Shown: in pieces, positions 26,697-40,202 of the stretch
How the letters are laid out: each line of letters starts with the position of its first letter
How positions within the stretch are numbered: position 1 is the stretch's first letter
NCBI RefSeq assembly: GCF_009914755.1
Contig: NC_060940.1
Origin: the human T2T-CHM13v2.0 reference genome, Homo sapiens
Reading direction: 5' to 3' (one strand)
DNA: 64,000 bases
Position numbers and translations under genes: made by a program
The notes under the pieces: generated by a model
Seen by the model: the letters and a program-made list of their open reading frames with translations, nothing else
Databases searched by the model: none
What the model was told of the DNA's origin: nothing

Positions 26697-26986
26697 TCTT
26701 TTTTTGAGACAGAGTCTTGCTCTGTTTCCCAGGCTGGAGTGTAGTGGCATGATCTCTGCTCACTGCAAGCTCTGCCTCCCGGGTTCACGCCATTCTCCTG
26801 CCTCAGCCTCCTGAGTAGCTGGGACTACAGGCGCCTGCCACAACGCCCGGCTGATTTTTTGTATTTTTAGTAGATGTGTGGTTTCACCGTGTTAGCCAGG
26901 ATGGTCTCGATCTCCTGACCTCTTGATCCACCCGCCTCAGCCTCCCAAAGTGCTGGGATTAGAGGCGTGAGCCACCGCGCCTGGCC
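26697..26986 (-). mobile_element. AluY
   Basis: GGGTTCACGCCATTCTCC and CCGTGTTAGCCAGGATGGTCTCGATC diagnostics; many CpGs retained. Confidence 0.95.
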
Positions 26987-27126
26987 CTCTTTTTTTGTCT
27001 ATAAATCTTCCACTACATGGCTGTGCTGGAGTCTCTTTGAATCAGCTGTGATTCTGGGGGATATCCGATCCCTGAATCGTTCATTGCTCAACTAAACTCC
27101 TTTACATTCAATTTGCCTGAAGTTTT

Positions 27127-27440
27127 TCTTTTTTTTTTTTTCCTTCAGATCGAGTCTCACACTGTCGCCTGGGCTAGAGTGCAATGGCATGATCTCAGCT
27201 CACTGCAACCTCCGCCTCCCAGTTCAAGCAATTCTCCTGCCTCAGCTCCCGAGTAGCTGGGATTACAGGTGTCCACAACCATGCCTGGCTAATTTTTTAT
27301 ATTTTCAGTAGAGACGGGATTTCACCATGTTGGCCAGGCTGGAGTGCAAAGGTCAGGTCTCAAACTACTGACCTCAGGTGATCCGCCCACCTTGGCCTCC
27401 CAAAGTGCTGGGATTACAGGCGTGGGCCACAGCACTTGGC
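27127..27440 (-). mobile_element. AluS
   Basis: Antisense Alu with TSD TGAAGTTTTTC. Confidence 0.95.
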
Positions 27441-27897
27441 TGAAGTTTTTCCTTTATCAGATGACAGGCATGAGCCAGTAGTTTTGCCCAGCCATTTTCT
27501 CCTCTTGTTAACATCTCACATAACCTGAGTAAATTTGTCACAACTGAAAAACCAACATTCTTACATTATTATTAACTAAATTCTGGACTTAATTACAATT
27601 TCATCTGTCTTTCCATGTATGTCCTCTTTCTGTTCCACCATCTGATCCAAGGTATCACATTGCATTTAGTTGTAGCATCTCCCCAGTCTCCTCTGATGTG
27701 TCCATTTCTCAGTCTTTCCTTGGTTTTCATGACCCTGGAAGTCCTAGTGGGGATACTGGCCAGGTATTTTGTAGAATGTCCTCCACTCTGGGTTTCTCTG
27801 GTGGACTTCTCATGAGTAGACTGGAGTTTGGGTTTGGGGGAAGAACACCACAAAACTGAAGCATCTTCCTCTTCACATCTTATCCAAGGCTGCATGA

Positions 27898-28278
<381 letters not shown>

Positions 28279-28426
28279 TAGTGTATTTTCCCTTCTCATA
28301 CTTTATTCTTTGGAAGCAAACCACTAAGTCAAGCCCACTTTTTGTGGGACGTGGGAGGTGATGAGGAAGATTAAGTAGCTCCTCCCAGAGTGGGAGTGCC
28401 TACACATATTAAATGTAAGCAGCAAC

Positions 28427-28842
<416 letters not shown>

Positions 28843-30076
28843 TTACAAAAGTGGAAATGGAGGCCCAGAAAGGTTAAATGACTTGCCCACAGTGGCTACA
28901 TTTATAGATAACAACGCTTAGGTTCAAACCTCCATCTCTCTGCCCGCAAAGCCCATCTTCTTAGTCCTGCATGGGATGCCAGACTCCACCAGCACTGCCT
29001 CCGCCCCTCTGCCTCTGGTTATCTCCACAGGAAACCATGAGTCTTTGATGATCTCATCTTTGCCATCTCCTTCAGGTCTGAAATGGTTGGTTTCTACCAT
29101 CTATGGCATGAGTTAAATCACTGACGTAGAAGAACAACCTGGCCCAGTCTTTCTCAGAATTGCTGTGCCCTCGTGGTCACCAAAACTGAGTCAGGAGTGA
29201 GTCATACTTATTTCCAGGTACTGGTGAAATCTTGTGGGGGCAACTGTCATCACAGCCTCTTAACAGCTCAGCAAGGTGCAAACTTACTTACGCAAGCCTC
29301 TGGCACTCTAGAAAGTAAAATGCACAAGAAAGGATAGAAACACTTGTTTTTTTTACTACCTGGAATTCAGAAAAACAGCCGTGTTTTTCTAGACTCTTGA
29401 CTTTCCAATGGAGGCACATTTATAACTCATTACTTTTCACAATACTCTACATTGAAAATACATCTACTGATCAGGACTCTATGATAACCTGGGGTTAAAA
29501 ATCCAACGTAAGTTGACTGTAGCAAGAAACATAAGGTAGCATTCAGTTCATTTAAGTGAAAAGTCTAGTTTAGTTGTTACAGGAATGGCTTGACCCTGGA
29601 ACTCAAAAAAACATTGTTAGAATTCTTCCTTCTTATTTGTAAATTTCTACTCTTCTGTGTTGGCATCAGTCTCAGACACCCTTTCTCCAAGGTGACATGG
29701 CATCTTCCAGCTGCTCTAGGCTTAGAGCTTTTCAGCACAAAAGTATCAGTAGAAAAATAAATGTCTCTGTGCTAATTGTTCTAGCAAAAGTTTCAGTTCT
29801 AACTCTGATTGGCCATAAGTGTGGTCATGAACTGTATCAATTATCTACTGCCACAGAAAGAGTGAGCAACAAAGCCTCAGTGGTATATAAAAATAAATGT
29901 GTTCCTCATGCAGCTGGGGTCATTGGGGGCCCACTGGTGGCTTTGCTGATCTTGGATGGTCTTGCTCACATACCTGGGAGTTGGTTGGCTACCGGTTGAG
30001 GAGACTGGAGTGAGTTGGCTCTGCTCCACACGTTTTTCCTTCTCCAGCAGGCATGTTCCCATGGTGAATGCATAAC

Positions 30077-30670
30077 TGTAACAGATCCATTGCCAGATGT
30101 GTTCTGCAAGTCAACACCCCAAGACACCAGGTTGCAGCAGAGAAAGAGGTTTAATCGTAGGCTACCAAACAACAAGATAGGAGGAAACCTCAAGTCCATT
30201 TCTGAGGGATTTGGGGTAAGCGTTTTTAAGGGTTTTGGAGTAGGCTAAAATGTGGAGCTCATTGATTGGTCAAAGAGTACAGGGCGAAGTCATTGGACAG
30301 GGGGATGAAAGAAGCTGTATTCATGTGTCGATTTGGTTCCTCCCTGGGAATCTTCGAACTGGTGGGCTTCAGCTATTCCACTGGAATTCAGGACCTGAAA
30401 AACATCTAAAGTGATCTTTAAACAAAAGCCTTATGATTCTAATGCCAGAGATCCTGTCTATAGGAACAATGGGTATGCAAATCAATTCTTAAACAGCCTG
30501 TGACTCTCATGTCAGAGATCCTGTCTATAGGAATGATAGGAATGCAATGGTCAGTATCTAGTGCTGTGACTTTAATAACAAGGAAATGGGTAAGAGTGCA
30601 GCCTAATGAATGCTGAATTATATTTCTCTCCAGAACCCAGCATGCAATTTTTGTCACTCCTATGGAGATG
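30077..30670 (-). mobile_element. ERV1-type LTR (subfamily uncertain) inside an MLT1
   Basis: TGTAAC terminus, GCAGAGAAAGAGGTTTAAT antisense poly(A) region, CCAAT boxes; MLT1 sequence on both sides (29830-30890). Confidence 0.6.
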
Positions 30671-30919
30671 GTAGGGATGATATCAATAGCAAAGCACAAC
30701 AGTAGCCAGTGGAAACTCACCAGGCAGGTCTCAGCACCACAGTGACTCACCCCCACTTCCACTGCATCTGATTGGCAACTCCAGTGTCAAGGATGGAGAA
30801 ACGGGCTTCCTCCTTTTTAGTGAGAGGAATGCAACAGCATGCATGCGGGGAGCAGGGTGAAGAATTAATGTCACAGATGCAATCCATCTCACCCACTAGC
30901 CCTTACAGAATGAAAGTGA

Positions 30920-31265
<346 letters not shown>

Positions 31266-31444
31266 AAGAAGTGACTTCTTGTGGGAGGATGAGTGGAGTA
31301 GGGTTGTTTCCCCAGAGGAATACTGTAGGGGCAAATCCAGCAGAAGTACACTGCAGTATCCCTAAACTGAAGTTCAGATGTGGAAACAGACTCAACCAAG
31401 ACCCGTGATTTTGGGGGTCACAATCAGAAGCTGTCCACATTGTG

Positions 31445-31739
31445 GGCCAGGTGCAGTGGCTCACGCCTATAATCCGGCACTTTGGGAGGCCCAGGTGGGT
31501 GGATGCCCTGAGGTCAGGAGTTCAAGACCAGCCTGGCCAACATGGTGAAACCTCATCTCTACTAAAAACACAAAAATCAGCTGGGTACAGTGGCACACCC
31601 CTGTAATCCCAGGTACTCGGGAGCCTGAGGCAGGAGAATTGCTTGAACCTGGGAAGCGGAGAGGTTGCAGTGAGCTGAGACTGCACAATTGCACTCTCCA
31701 GCCTGAGCAACAAGAGCAAACTCCATCTCAAAGAAAAAA

Positions 31740-31799
<60 letters not shown>

Positions 31800-31803
31800 A
31801 GGA

Positions 31804-31834
<31 letters not shown>

Positions 31835-31902
31835 AAAGAAAGCAAGAAAGAAAGCAAGCAAGAAAGCAAGCAAGCAAGAAAGCAAGAAAGCAAGCAAGCA
31901 AG
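31445..31902 (+). mobile_element. AluS with long (GAAA)n/(GCAA)n tail
   Basis: Alu 31445-31730, then ~170 nt of compound tetranucleotide repeat. Confidence 0.95.
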
Positions 31903-33249
31903 CTATCCAGGTTGTTTTTGCAGCCTAGACCTGTCTTCTACCAAAGCCAATTCGTTTGATGTCTCATCTTACTTTCTCTTGAGAATCTTTCACTCCTACA
32001 AACACTTTGGCTTTGACATTTTTTTTTACTCCACTTGGGCACCCTATTAAAGTGAAACTGTCTTACTTGCCTTTTATGTATGATTTTATTTTGTCACCAA
32101 AAAAAAACTTTTTACTAAAGCTGATGCATCCATTATAAATTATTTGCTATTATTCTTAAAAGGCACTCTTTAGCTTAATGCATCTCATCATGTTAATGCT
32201 TTATAAAACTGACTTGATTTTAAATGGGAACTAGGAAGCCTTGTTGTCAGGAAGTTGCAAAGACTCACACCTCCAACATGTAAACCAAGGGGACAGCACC
32301 ATCTTCCCCTTGGTGAATTTTGTTCCCAGGCTATTTGAGACACTTGGCAAAGATGTGCCAAGACACTTGGCAAAGATGTGCCTTGTCACTGAATGCCCGG
32401 GCTTCCTTGCCATATTCCTGTGAATCAATCTTCCATGACAGGCAGTGGCTTCCTGAAGCCTGCAAAAGTCTTCTAAACAGACAACTTGAATTCATTCCTA
32501 TCTCTGAGCCTGTGTTTAGATGGGAGCTGATATTGAAGGGTTTGGCAGCATCTAATCTCTGCAATAAATTCTCCTAAGAGCTGAAATCTCTCCTCTTGCA
32601 GGGAGTGGTGGCTTCTTGAATGGCCTATCTTGTAGCTGCTGAAAGGAGAATGAGGAAAGACATAGCGGATGAGACATAAGGACCCCTCTCCCAGGTCCAG
32701 AGAATCAGAGCTAGAACCTAAATCCATCAGAAGAGATTGCAAGAGAAGCAGTTATGCCCTGGCAACATTTTAACCCAAAAGCAGTTCCATGAGTAGCCCA
32801 AAGGGGGTAAGGACACATCTGTTCATATCCACTGGCAGAGATGAGCTCAAGCTTCTGTTGTCCATGGATTGCACGACTGATTTTTAAAAATTCATTCAAC
32901 AAATGTTTACTGAGCACCTACTAAGTGCCAAGCACTAGAACACCACAATGGGCAAGACGCAGAAGATCTCTGCTCTCATGGAGCTGGGGATCATGTCATC
33001 CCCACAAGGAAGAAAGCATGGAGTATGTCTGGACGGTCCTGACTAGGGAAGGAAAAGCAAATTGTGGGACCTTCAGGGAACCTGGAGGTTACTGGAAAGG
33101 TCTGCAGACAGACAAAGGAATCACAAGTAATGGTCAAGCTGATAAAAGTCAGGAACTGTTGAAAAAGGTTGAAGGAGCCTGGAAATCACTGGATGGGGTC
33201 CAGAGCAAGAGTAATTTTTATTTTTATGTTTTTATTGTTGCTGCTTCTC

Positions 33250-33547
33250 TTTTAGAGACAGGGTCTGGCTCTGTCACACAGGCTAGGGTGTAGTGGTGCA
33301 GTAGGATCATTGCGCACTGCAGCCTCAAACTCCTGGGCTCAAGTGATCCTCCTGCCTCATCTTCTCGAGTAACTGGGACTACAAGTGCATACCATCATGC
33401 CCAGCTAATCTTCTTCTTAAGGTTTTTGTACGGACAGGGTCTCACTATGTTGCCCAGGCTAGTCTCAAACTCCTGACCTCAAATGATCCTCCTGCCTCAG
33501 CTTCCCAAACTGTTGGGATTAAAGGCATGAGCCACTGAAACCAGCTC
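33250..33547 (-). mobile_element. AluJ
   Basis: Antisense J-type dimer. Confidence 0.9.
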
Positions 33548-34094
33548 CCATTTATATGTTCAGCAAATACTTTCTGAGCATCTTTTCTTTGCAAAGCATT
33601 ACTGCGCGTTGAGAATACAGCAGGGACCAAGATGGACATGCTCACTGCCCTCACAGAGATTAGTTAAGTGAGGGCCACAGAGAAGAAAACAAGCAATTCT
33701 AACATAGGCAGGATCCATGCAGTGACTGAGAAAGCCATAAGGATCTGGGAAAAGGGGAGGGACAGGCTCCTGATGTGGAAGAAGAGGTGGGAGAAGTTAG
33801 TGGGTGAAGACAAGCTGAGGTGAGTAAGGTGCAGGGAGCGAGGGGGAAGGGTTTCCCAGCTCAGGCTCACCCTAAGCAGAACAAGCATAACACATCAAAT
33901 GTCCAGCTCCCAGTTCCATCCAGCTGGACGTAGAACTTATCGTCAACAGATGAAACTAGACAGTCAAGCAGCAGCCCAGATAAGACAGCAGTCAGATAAG
34001 ACAGCAGTCAGATAAGACGGGTCTTTTACACTTTACCAAGTGGCTCGAACTTTACCCTCAGGTCATTGAGAAACAACAGGGAAGGGAGATTTTA

Positions 34095-34790
<696 letters not shown>

Positions 34791-35066
34791 TAGTTTAGAA
34801 GGATCCTCGTGGCTTTGGTGTGACAAGCAGATGAGAGCTGGGCAAGACTAGAGATTGAGAGCCAGGTGAGGAGAGTCTACTTAGCCAGGCAGGAGGCCCT
34901 GCCCTGGGAAGCTGCATGATGCTGGGGCCATGGAGAAGCAGGAAGCCTAGAACCTACAGCATCGTTGTTTTAAATGGGGCAATGCAGAGATCCACAAGAG
35001 ATGCTGCAAAAGGCCTCCCTGGAGGGACAGATAGGTTAGGAATTAGGAGGGTGGAGGGTGAGAGTG

Positions 35067-35444
35067 TGATATGGTTTGCCTGTGTCCCCACTCAAATATC
35101 TGTTATTTGAACTGTAGCTTGTTACTTGAATTGTAGCTCCCACAATTCCCATGTGTCATGGGAGGGACCCAGTGGGAGGTAACTGAGTCATGGGGGTGGG
35201 TCTTTCCTGTGCTATTCTCATGATAGTGAATAAGTCTCATGAAATCTGATGGTTTTATAAAGGGCAGTTCCCCTGCGCACACTCTCTTGCCTGTCGCCAT
35301 GTAAGACATGTCTTTGCTCCTCCTTCGCCTTCCACCATGATTGTGAGGCTTCCCCAGGCATGTGGAACTGTGAGTTCATTAAACCTCTTTCCTTTATAAA
35401 TTACCCCTGTGTCTTTATCAGCAGTGTGAGAACAGACTAATACA
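35067..35444 (+). mobile_element. THE1 (B/C) solo LTR
   Basis: TGATATGGTTTG...ATTAAACCTCTT...GAACAGACTAATACA. Confidence 0.9.
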
Positions 35445-36034
35445 GGATGGGACTTGGTGCTAAGCAGGACAGCACTATTAGCTCCCTGGCATGCCTGTAA
35501 CCTGAAGGGCTTGACTTTCATCTATCTTACGTAAAATTTGGTTGGAATAAAAGATTCAACTACTAAAAATGCTGTAGGACAGAATGAATAAAAGGCTACA
35601 TTGGGAGACTCTTAAGGGTCCTTCCACCTTGCTCCTGGATTCTGTGAATCGGAATCTCTGTGACAGAGTCGGCCTGGGCTCCCAGAACCTGCGCAGGGGG
35701 CAGCTGGGACCTTCAGAGCAATCAAGAAGCCCAAGTAAATGAAAGAGGCCCTGAAAAATGCTGTCAGGGCTCCATGTAAATGATGATTTAAAATTTCACA
35801 GGAAAGAGAAAGGACACTTCAAGCAATTTCTTAACAGGCAAAGCCTCCCAAGGCAATATTACTCGCTAACAGCCCAGCATCTGGTGATGATGTGAAAATG
35901 CCTGTATTAGAAAACTGGAAAATGGGACCACTGGAGTTTCCAAGAAGTGGTTGCATAAGCTCAAGGATTTCTTCGGAGCTGTTCTGACTAAAGATGAAAT
36001 TGGGAAGAGGCACACGAGGAAGAAAATCACTCAC

Positions 36035-36084
36035 TGCTTGAGGCTGCCAGGTTCAGCTGACATTTTCTGTCTCATCGCGTCTAC
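36035..36084 (-). other. Candidate 50-nt exon containing ATG (MRQKMSAEPGSLK...)
   Basis: Acceptor ccttcccggtatttctag|G and donor CA|gtgagt; unique, CpG-retaining sequence. Confidence 0.35.
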
Positions 36085-36990
36085 CTAGAAATACCGGGAA
36101 GGATGTCGTTTTAGGGAAAAGCCATCTCTAGACCCCTGGATATTGGAAGGACACCCCCCCTCCACTATGCAGGGCATTACAGCATGGCATTTAACAGCCC
36201 CAAGACTAGAGCGAGATGGCCTGGGTTGAAGTCCCATCTTTGCTGCTTTTGTTGGCAAAGTAGCTTAATCTCCTGTGCCTCAGTTTCTTCAGCTACAAAA
36301 TGGATTTGTAATAATAAAATCTACCTTATAGGATTGGTAAAGAGTTCAATTGGTTAATTTGATGTACAATGCTTCGAATAAAGCCCGGTACTTGGTGCTA
36401 GTAATTGGTAGTTACTATTGAATCAAAGGCTAATGCCAGTATATATTTAGAATAGGGAATATGATAAATACTGCGTTTTGTGGTTTACAGTTGGGGAGGG
36501 GGGCTGGCATCTCGGTACTGGATAGGAAAAGAGGCACATCCTTCTTTCTCCAAACAAAAGGGAGATTGGGCCAAAGAGTCTAGCACAAACCAGGGTTTTC
36601 AAACAGCTTCATATGGCCGTGCGGCAAAGCCAGGCTGATTCCCCAAACACAATATGCCTGCAGTTATGTTACTTTACATACCTAATAAACGGACATGTGT
36701 TTGTTTTCCTCTGTCTACAGAAAGAAGACTCTCATTGTCTGTCTGAAGGAAAAAAAAACAACATGCCAGGCTTACTGACAGAAGCTTTTACAGGAAACAA
36801 AACCCACGACAACTTCTCTCGTCAAGGGCTCTTCAGACTGTTTCTAAACACTCACAGGAAGGCCAGGCTGACATTTTACACATGATTGACTGAGAGCGCT
36901 ATGCTTGCTTCTGGATATGTGCGTGCTTGTATACGTGTGCAACTGTGTGTGTGCACGCATATGCCTGCATGCAAGCCTACGGGTGCTTAC

Positions 36991-37099
36991 CTGGTCCTGT
37001 AGCTCAGCCTAAACAAAGATTCAGACTTGCTTATGCATAAATAATGAGTTGGCGGGGCCAGAAGCTGCCTAGGGTCTATTTATATAGATTGATTTGCAT
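36991..37099 (-). promoter_or_regulatory. Candidate octamer+TATA promoter and short first exon
   Basis: Minus strand: ATGCAAAT (37099-37092), TATATAAATA (37086-37077), GC box (37051-37058), strong donor CAG|GTAAGC at 36991/36990. Confidence 0.4.
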
Positions 37100-37714
37100 G
37101 TGCCAAGGGGAATTGGGAAGATACAGTGGAGAAGACAGCCTGGTGATTGGTTCAGGGGCCAGGATAGCAGCTGAACCCATGCAATCCTCCCTGAGACTTT
37201 AGTGAGTCTGCAAGGAATGAGCCCTCTCTGTTTGCAAGACCTCCAAGGCCAGCAGGATAAAAGCTTGGCAACCGTGAAGTGAGAGTCATCCTTAGAATGA
37301 AGCCAGCACAGAGGAGAGCAGAAGAAGGATGGAGAGAGAGACTAGTCCTAATGTCCTTGTGTGGTGGCTTGGCTAGCACCTGCTGTGCTTATCTTCCCAC
37401 TGGGAGCCTTAGTCTCATGCCCAGTTGATCCCTCCCCTGGTGTCAACTAAGCTTGAGTTGGATTATCTGCTACTTGCTGATGCTCCACTCACAGTCTCCC
37501 TGCATTATCCCAGCACCTGAGACATTTCTGATTAGATTGGCATCCATGGGGGTGTGAAAGTCACATTCTCAGAGAAAGAAAGTGATGAACCACCTGTACT
37601 GCAGAACCCACCAGTAACAACCCCACCCTACACCCTAGTCCAGGTTCCTCAGCTGTCTGTCAAATCCAGGAGCCAGGACACCAGGTGGAGTCCTGCAACC
37701 TTTTGCAATCTCTG

Positions 37715-38345
37715 TGTCAGAGGTATTAGAACAAGAATGACTCCATCTTGAAAACAGGCTGGGTAGAATGAGGCTTAGACTTACTGGGCTGCATTCCCAA
37801 GAGGTTAAGGCATTCCTAGTCACAGAATGAGATAGACGGTTGGCACAAGATACAGATCATAAAGACCTTACTGATAAAACAGGTTGCAGTTAAGAAGCCG
37901 GCCAAAACCCATCAAAACCAAGATGGTGACAAGAGTGACCTCTGGTCATCCTCACAGCTCATTATAAGCTAGTTACAATATATTAGCATGCTAAAAGACA
38001 CTCCCACCAGTGCTGTGACAGTTTACAGATGCCATGGCAACATCAGGAAATTACCCTATATGGTCTAAAAAGGCTAAGAACCCTCAGTTCTGGGAGTTGT
38101 CCACTCCTTACTGTGAAAACTCATGAAGAATCAACCTCTTGTTTAGCATATAATCAAGAAATAACCATAAAAATGGGCAACCAGAAGCTCTTGAGAATGC
38201 TCTGCCTAGGGAGTAGCCATTCTTTTATTCCTTTACTGTCTTAATAAACTTGCTTTCACTGTATGAACTCACCTCGAATTCTTTCTTGTGCGAGATTCAA
38301 GAACCCTCTCTTGGGGGTCTGGATTGGGACCCCTTTCCTGTAACA
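37715..38345 (+). mobile_element. MER41B-like solo LTR
   Basis: TGTCAGAGG...GACTCCATCTTG...CCTTTCCTGTAACA; includes the segment that carries GAS sites in MER41B. Confidence 0.9.
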
Positions 38346-38450
38346 CCTAGGCATGATCCTTGTACCTACTGGATTAGTCTAGGCCATGGGACAAAGCTTT
38401 TGCCAAGTTTTCCCTTTCCTTGTTGCAACTAGCTTCCATGCCTGCATGCC

Positions 38451-39290
38451 TGTGGTAATACTCTTTGTTCGTGGTTCCTGGCACAAAACTCTTAAAACCC
38501 TCGGAACTTCCTAAATGATAGGGTGAGAGGAGCATCTTTTGTTGTTTCTTATAGGACCATTTCAACCATAATAGCTGAGTTTATGCTAAAGAAGCCACTT
38601 GGTGGGTACCAAGATAACTTCAGGACCTGGTTGCCAGAAGAACCATCAATGTGATCAAAAGGGCTGGAATTTTCAGCCCCACCCCTCAGTTTCCTGGGTA
38701 CAGGGAGGGGCTGAAGATTGAGTCCAATCACCAAAGGTCAATGATTTAATCAACCACGCCTACATACTACAGCCTCCATTAAAACCCCTAAATGACAGGG
38801 TTTGGAGAACTTTCGAGTGGCTGAACACATCAAGGTTCTGGGTAGGTGGAGGGTGATGTGTGGTGGGGAAGGCATGGAGCATCACACACCCGTTTCTCCC
38901 ATACCTCACCCTGTACATCTCTTCCATCTGGCTCATCCTAGTTGCACCCAGTATAACAAACCAGTAATCGTAGGCAAAGCATTTTCTTAAGTTCTGTGAA
39001 CGGTTCTAGCAAATTATCAAACATTCGGAAGGGGTCATGGGAACCCCCAATTTATAGCAGGTGGGTCAGAAATACAGGTGGCAAGGGAACTTGCGACTGG
39101 CATCTGAAGTGGGGGTAGTCTTGTGGGACTGAGCCCTTAGCCTGTAGGGTCTGCACTAACCCTGGGTGGGTAGTGTCAGAATTCAGTTGAATTGTAGGAC
39201 ACCCAGGTGGTATCCAGAGAGTGGAAGGACTAGTTGTTGGTGTGGAAAACACTCACACATTTAGAGCAAGAAGTGTTGTGTGTGAAAATA
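38451..39290 (+). mobile_element. MER21-family LTR
   Basis: GGTTCCTGGCAC...AAAACCCTCGGAACTTCCT, GGCATCTGAAGTGGGGGTAGTCTTGTGGGACTGAGCCCTT. Confidence 0.8.
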
Positions 39291-39649
39291 GTGCAGACTG
39301 CCCCAATATTCCAAGTTGCTGCAGCTCAGATGAAAGTCTCCCTCAGTTTCCTGCCTGGGACTTCACTGCCTGCCCCAAGTGCCCAACCCCTGAATCCAGG
39401 AACTGGGCCCTGTCATTGTGTACTTTTTTAATGGCTGATTTCAATATCTTTGCTGGATAGAGCTAAAACTAGGAGGAAATGAAAGGAAGGAAGGAACAGG
39501 AGAAAAAAGAAAGAAGCTAACACTCATTGAGCTCCTATATCGTGTTATTTAATGCCTCACTGCAGTGCTGTGAAAACAGTATCATGATTTCATTTTACAG
39601 ACTGACATACTGAGGCTCCAAGAGATTCATCTCTTTCCCATGGTCATAC

Positions 39650-40202
39650 TGCTACTGGAAAAGGGATCCCAATCCAGACCCCAAGAGAGAGTTCTTAGAT
39701 CTCACACAGAAAAGAATTCAGTGTCAGTCCACAGAGTAAAGTGAACGCAAGTGTATTAAGAAAGTAAAGGAATAAAAGAATGGCTACTCCATAGACAGAG
39801 CAGCCCCGAGGGCTGCTGGTTGCATATTTTTATGGTTATTTCTTGATTAGATGCTAAAAGGGATGAATTCTTCATGTCTCCCCCTTTTAGACTGGATTGG
39901 GTAACTTCCTGCTGTTGCCATGGCATTTGTAAACTGTCATGGCGCTGTTGGGAGTGTCACAGTGAGGATGACCAGAGGTCACTCCCGTGGCCATCTTGAT
40001 TTTGGTGGATTCTAGCTGGCTTCTTTACTGCAACCTGTTTTATCAGCAAGGTCTTTATGACCTGTATCTTGTGCCAACCTCCTATCTCATCCTGTGACTT
40101 AGAATGCCTTAACCATCTGGGAATCCAACCCAGTAAGTCTCAGCCTCATTTTACCCAGACCCTACTCAAGATGGAGTTGCTCTGGTTCAAACGCCTCTGA
40201 CA
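39650..40202 (-). mobile_element. MER41A-like solo LTR inserted in a MIR
   Basis: Reverse-complement homolog of 37715-38345 lacking the GAS segment; perfect TSD ATAC (39646-39649, 40203-40206). Confidence 0.9.

Larger units (their letters stand above)
26419..27459 (+). mobile_element. MER57-family ERV1 solo LTR containing two Alus
   Basis: TG...CA ends, CTGTAACCAATCCAGCTG motif, 4-bp TSD GATT/GATG. Confidence 0.85.
26326..27493 (-). mobile_element. Alu monomer (FLAM-like) split by a MER57 LTR
   Basis: 26326-26418 ends CCCAAAGTGCTGGGATT and resumes ACAGGCATGAGCC at 27464. Confidence 0.85.

Noticed and set aside
30442-30548. Repeated CAGAGATCCTGTCTATAGGAA
   Set aside because: Internal to an LTR; likely a consensus U3 repeat
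33977-34018. Short direct repeats as a CRISPR-like array
   Set aside because: Head-to-tail tandem without spacers, in eukaryotic DNA
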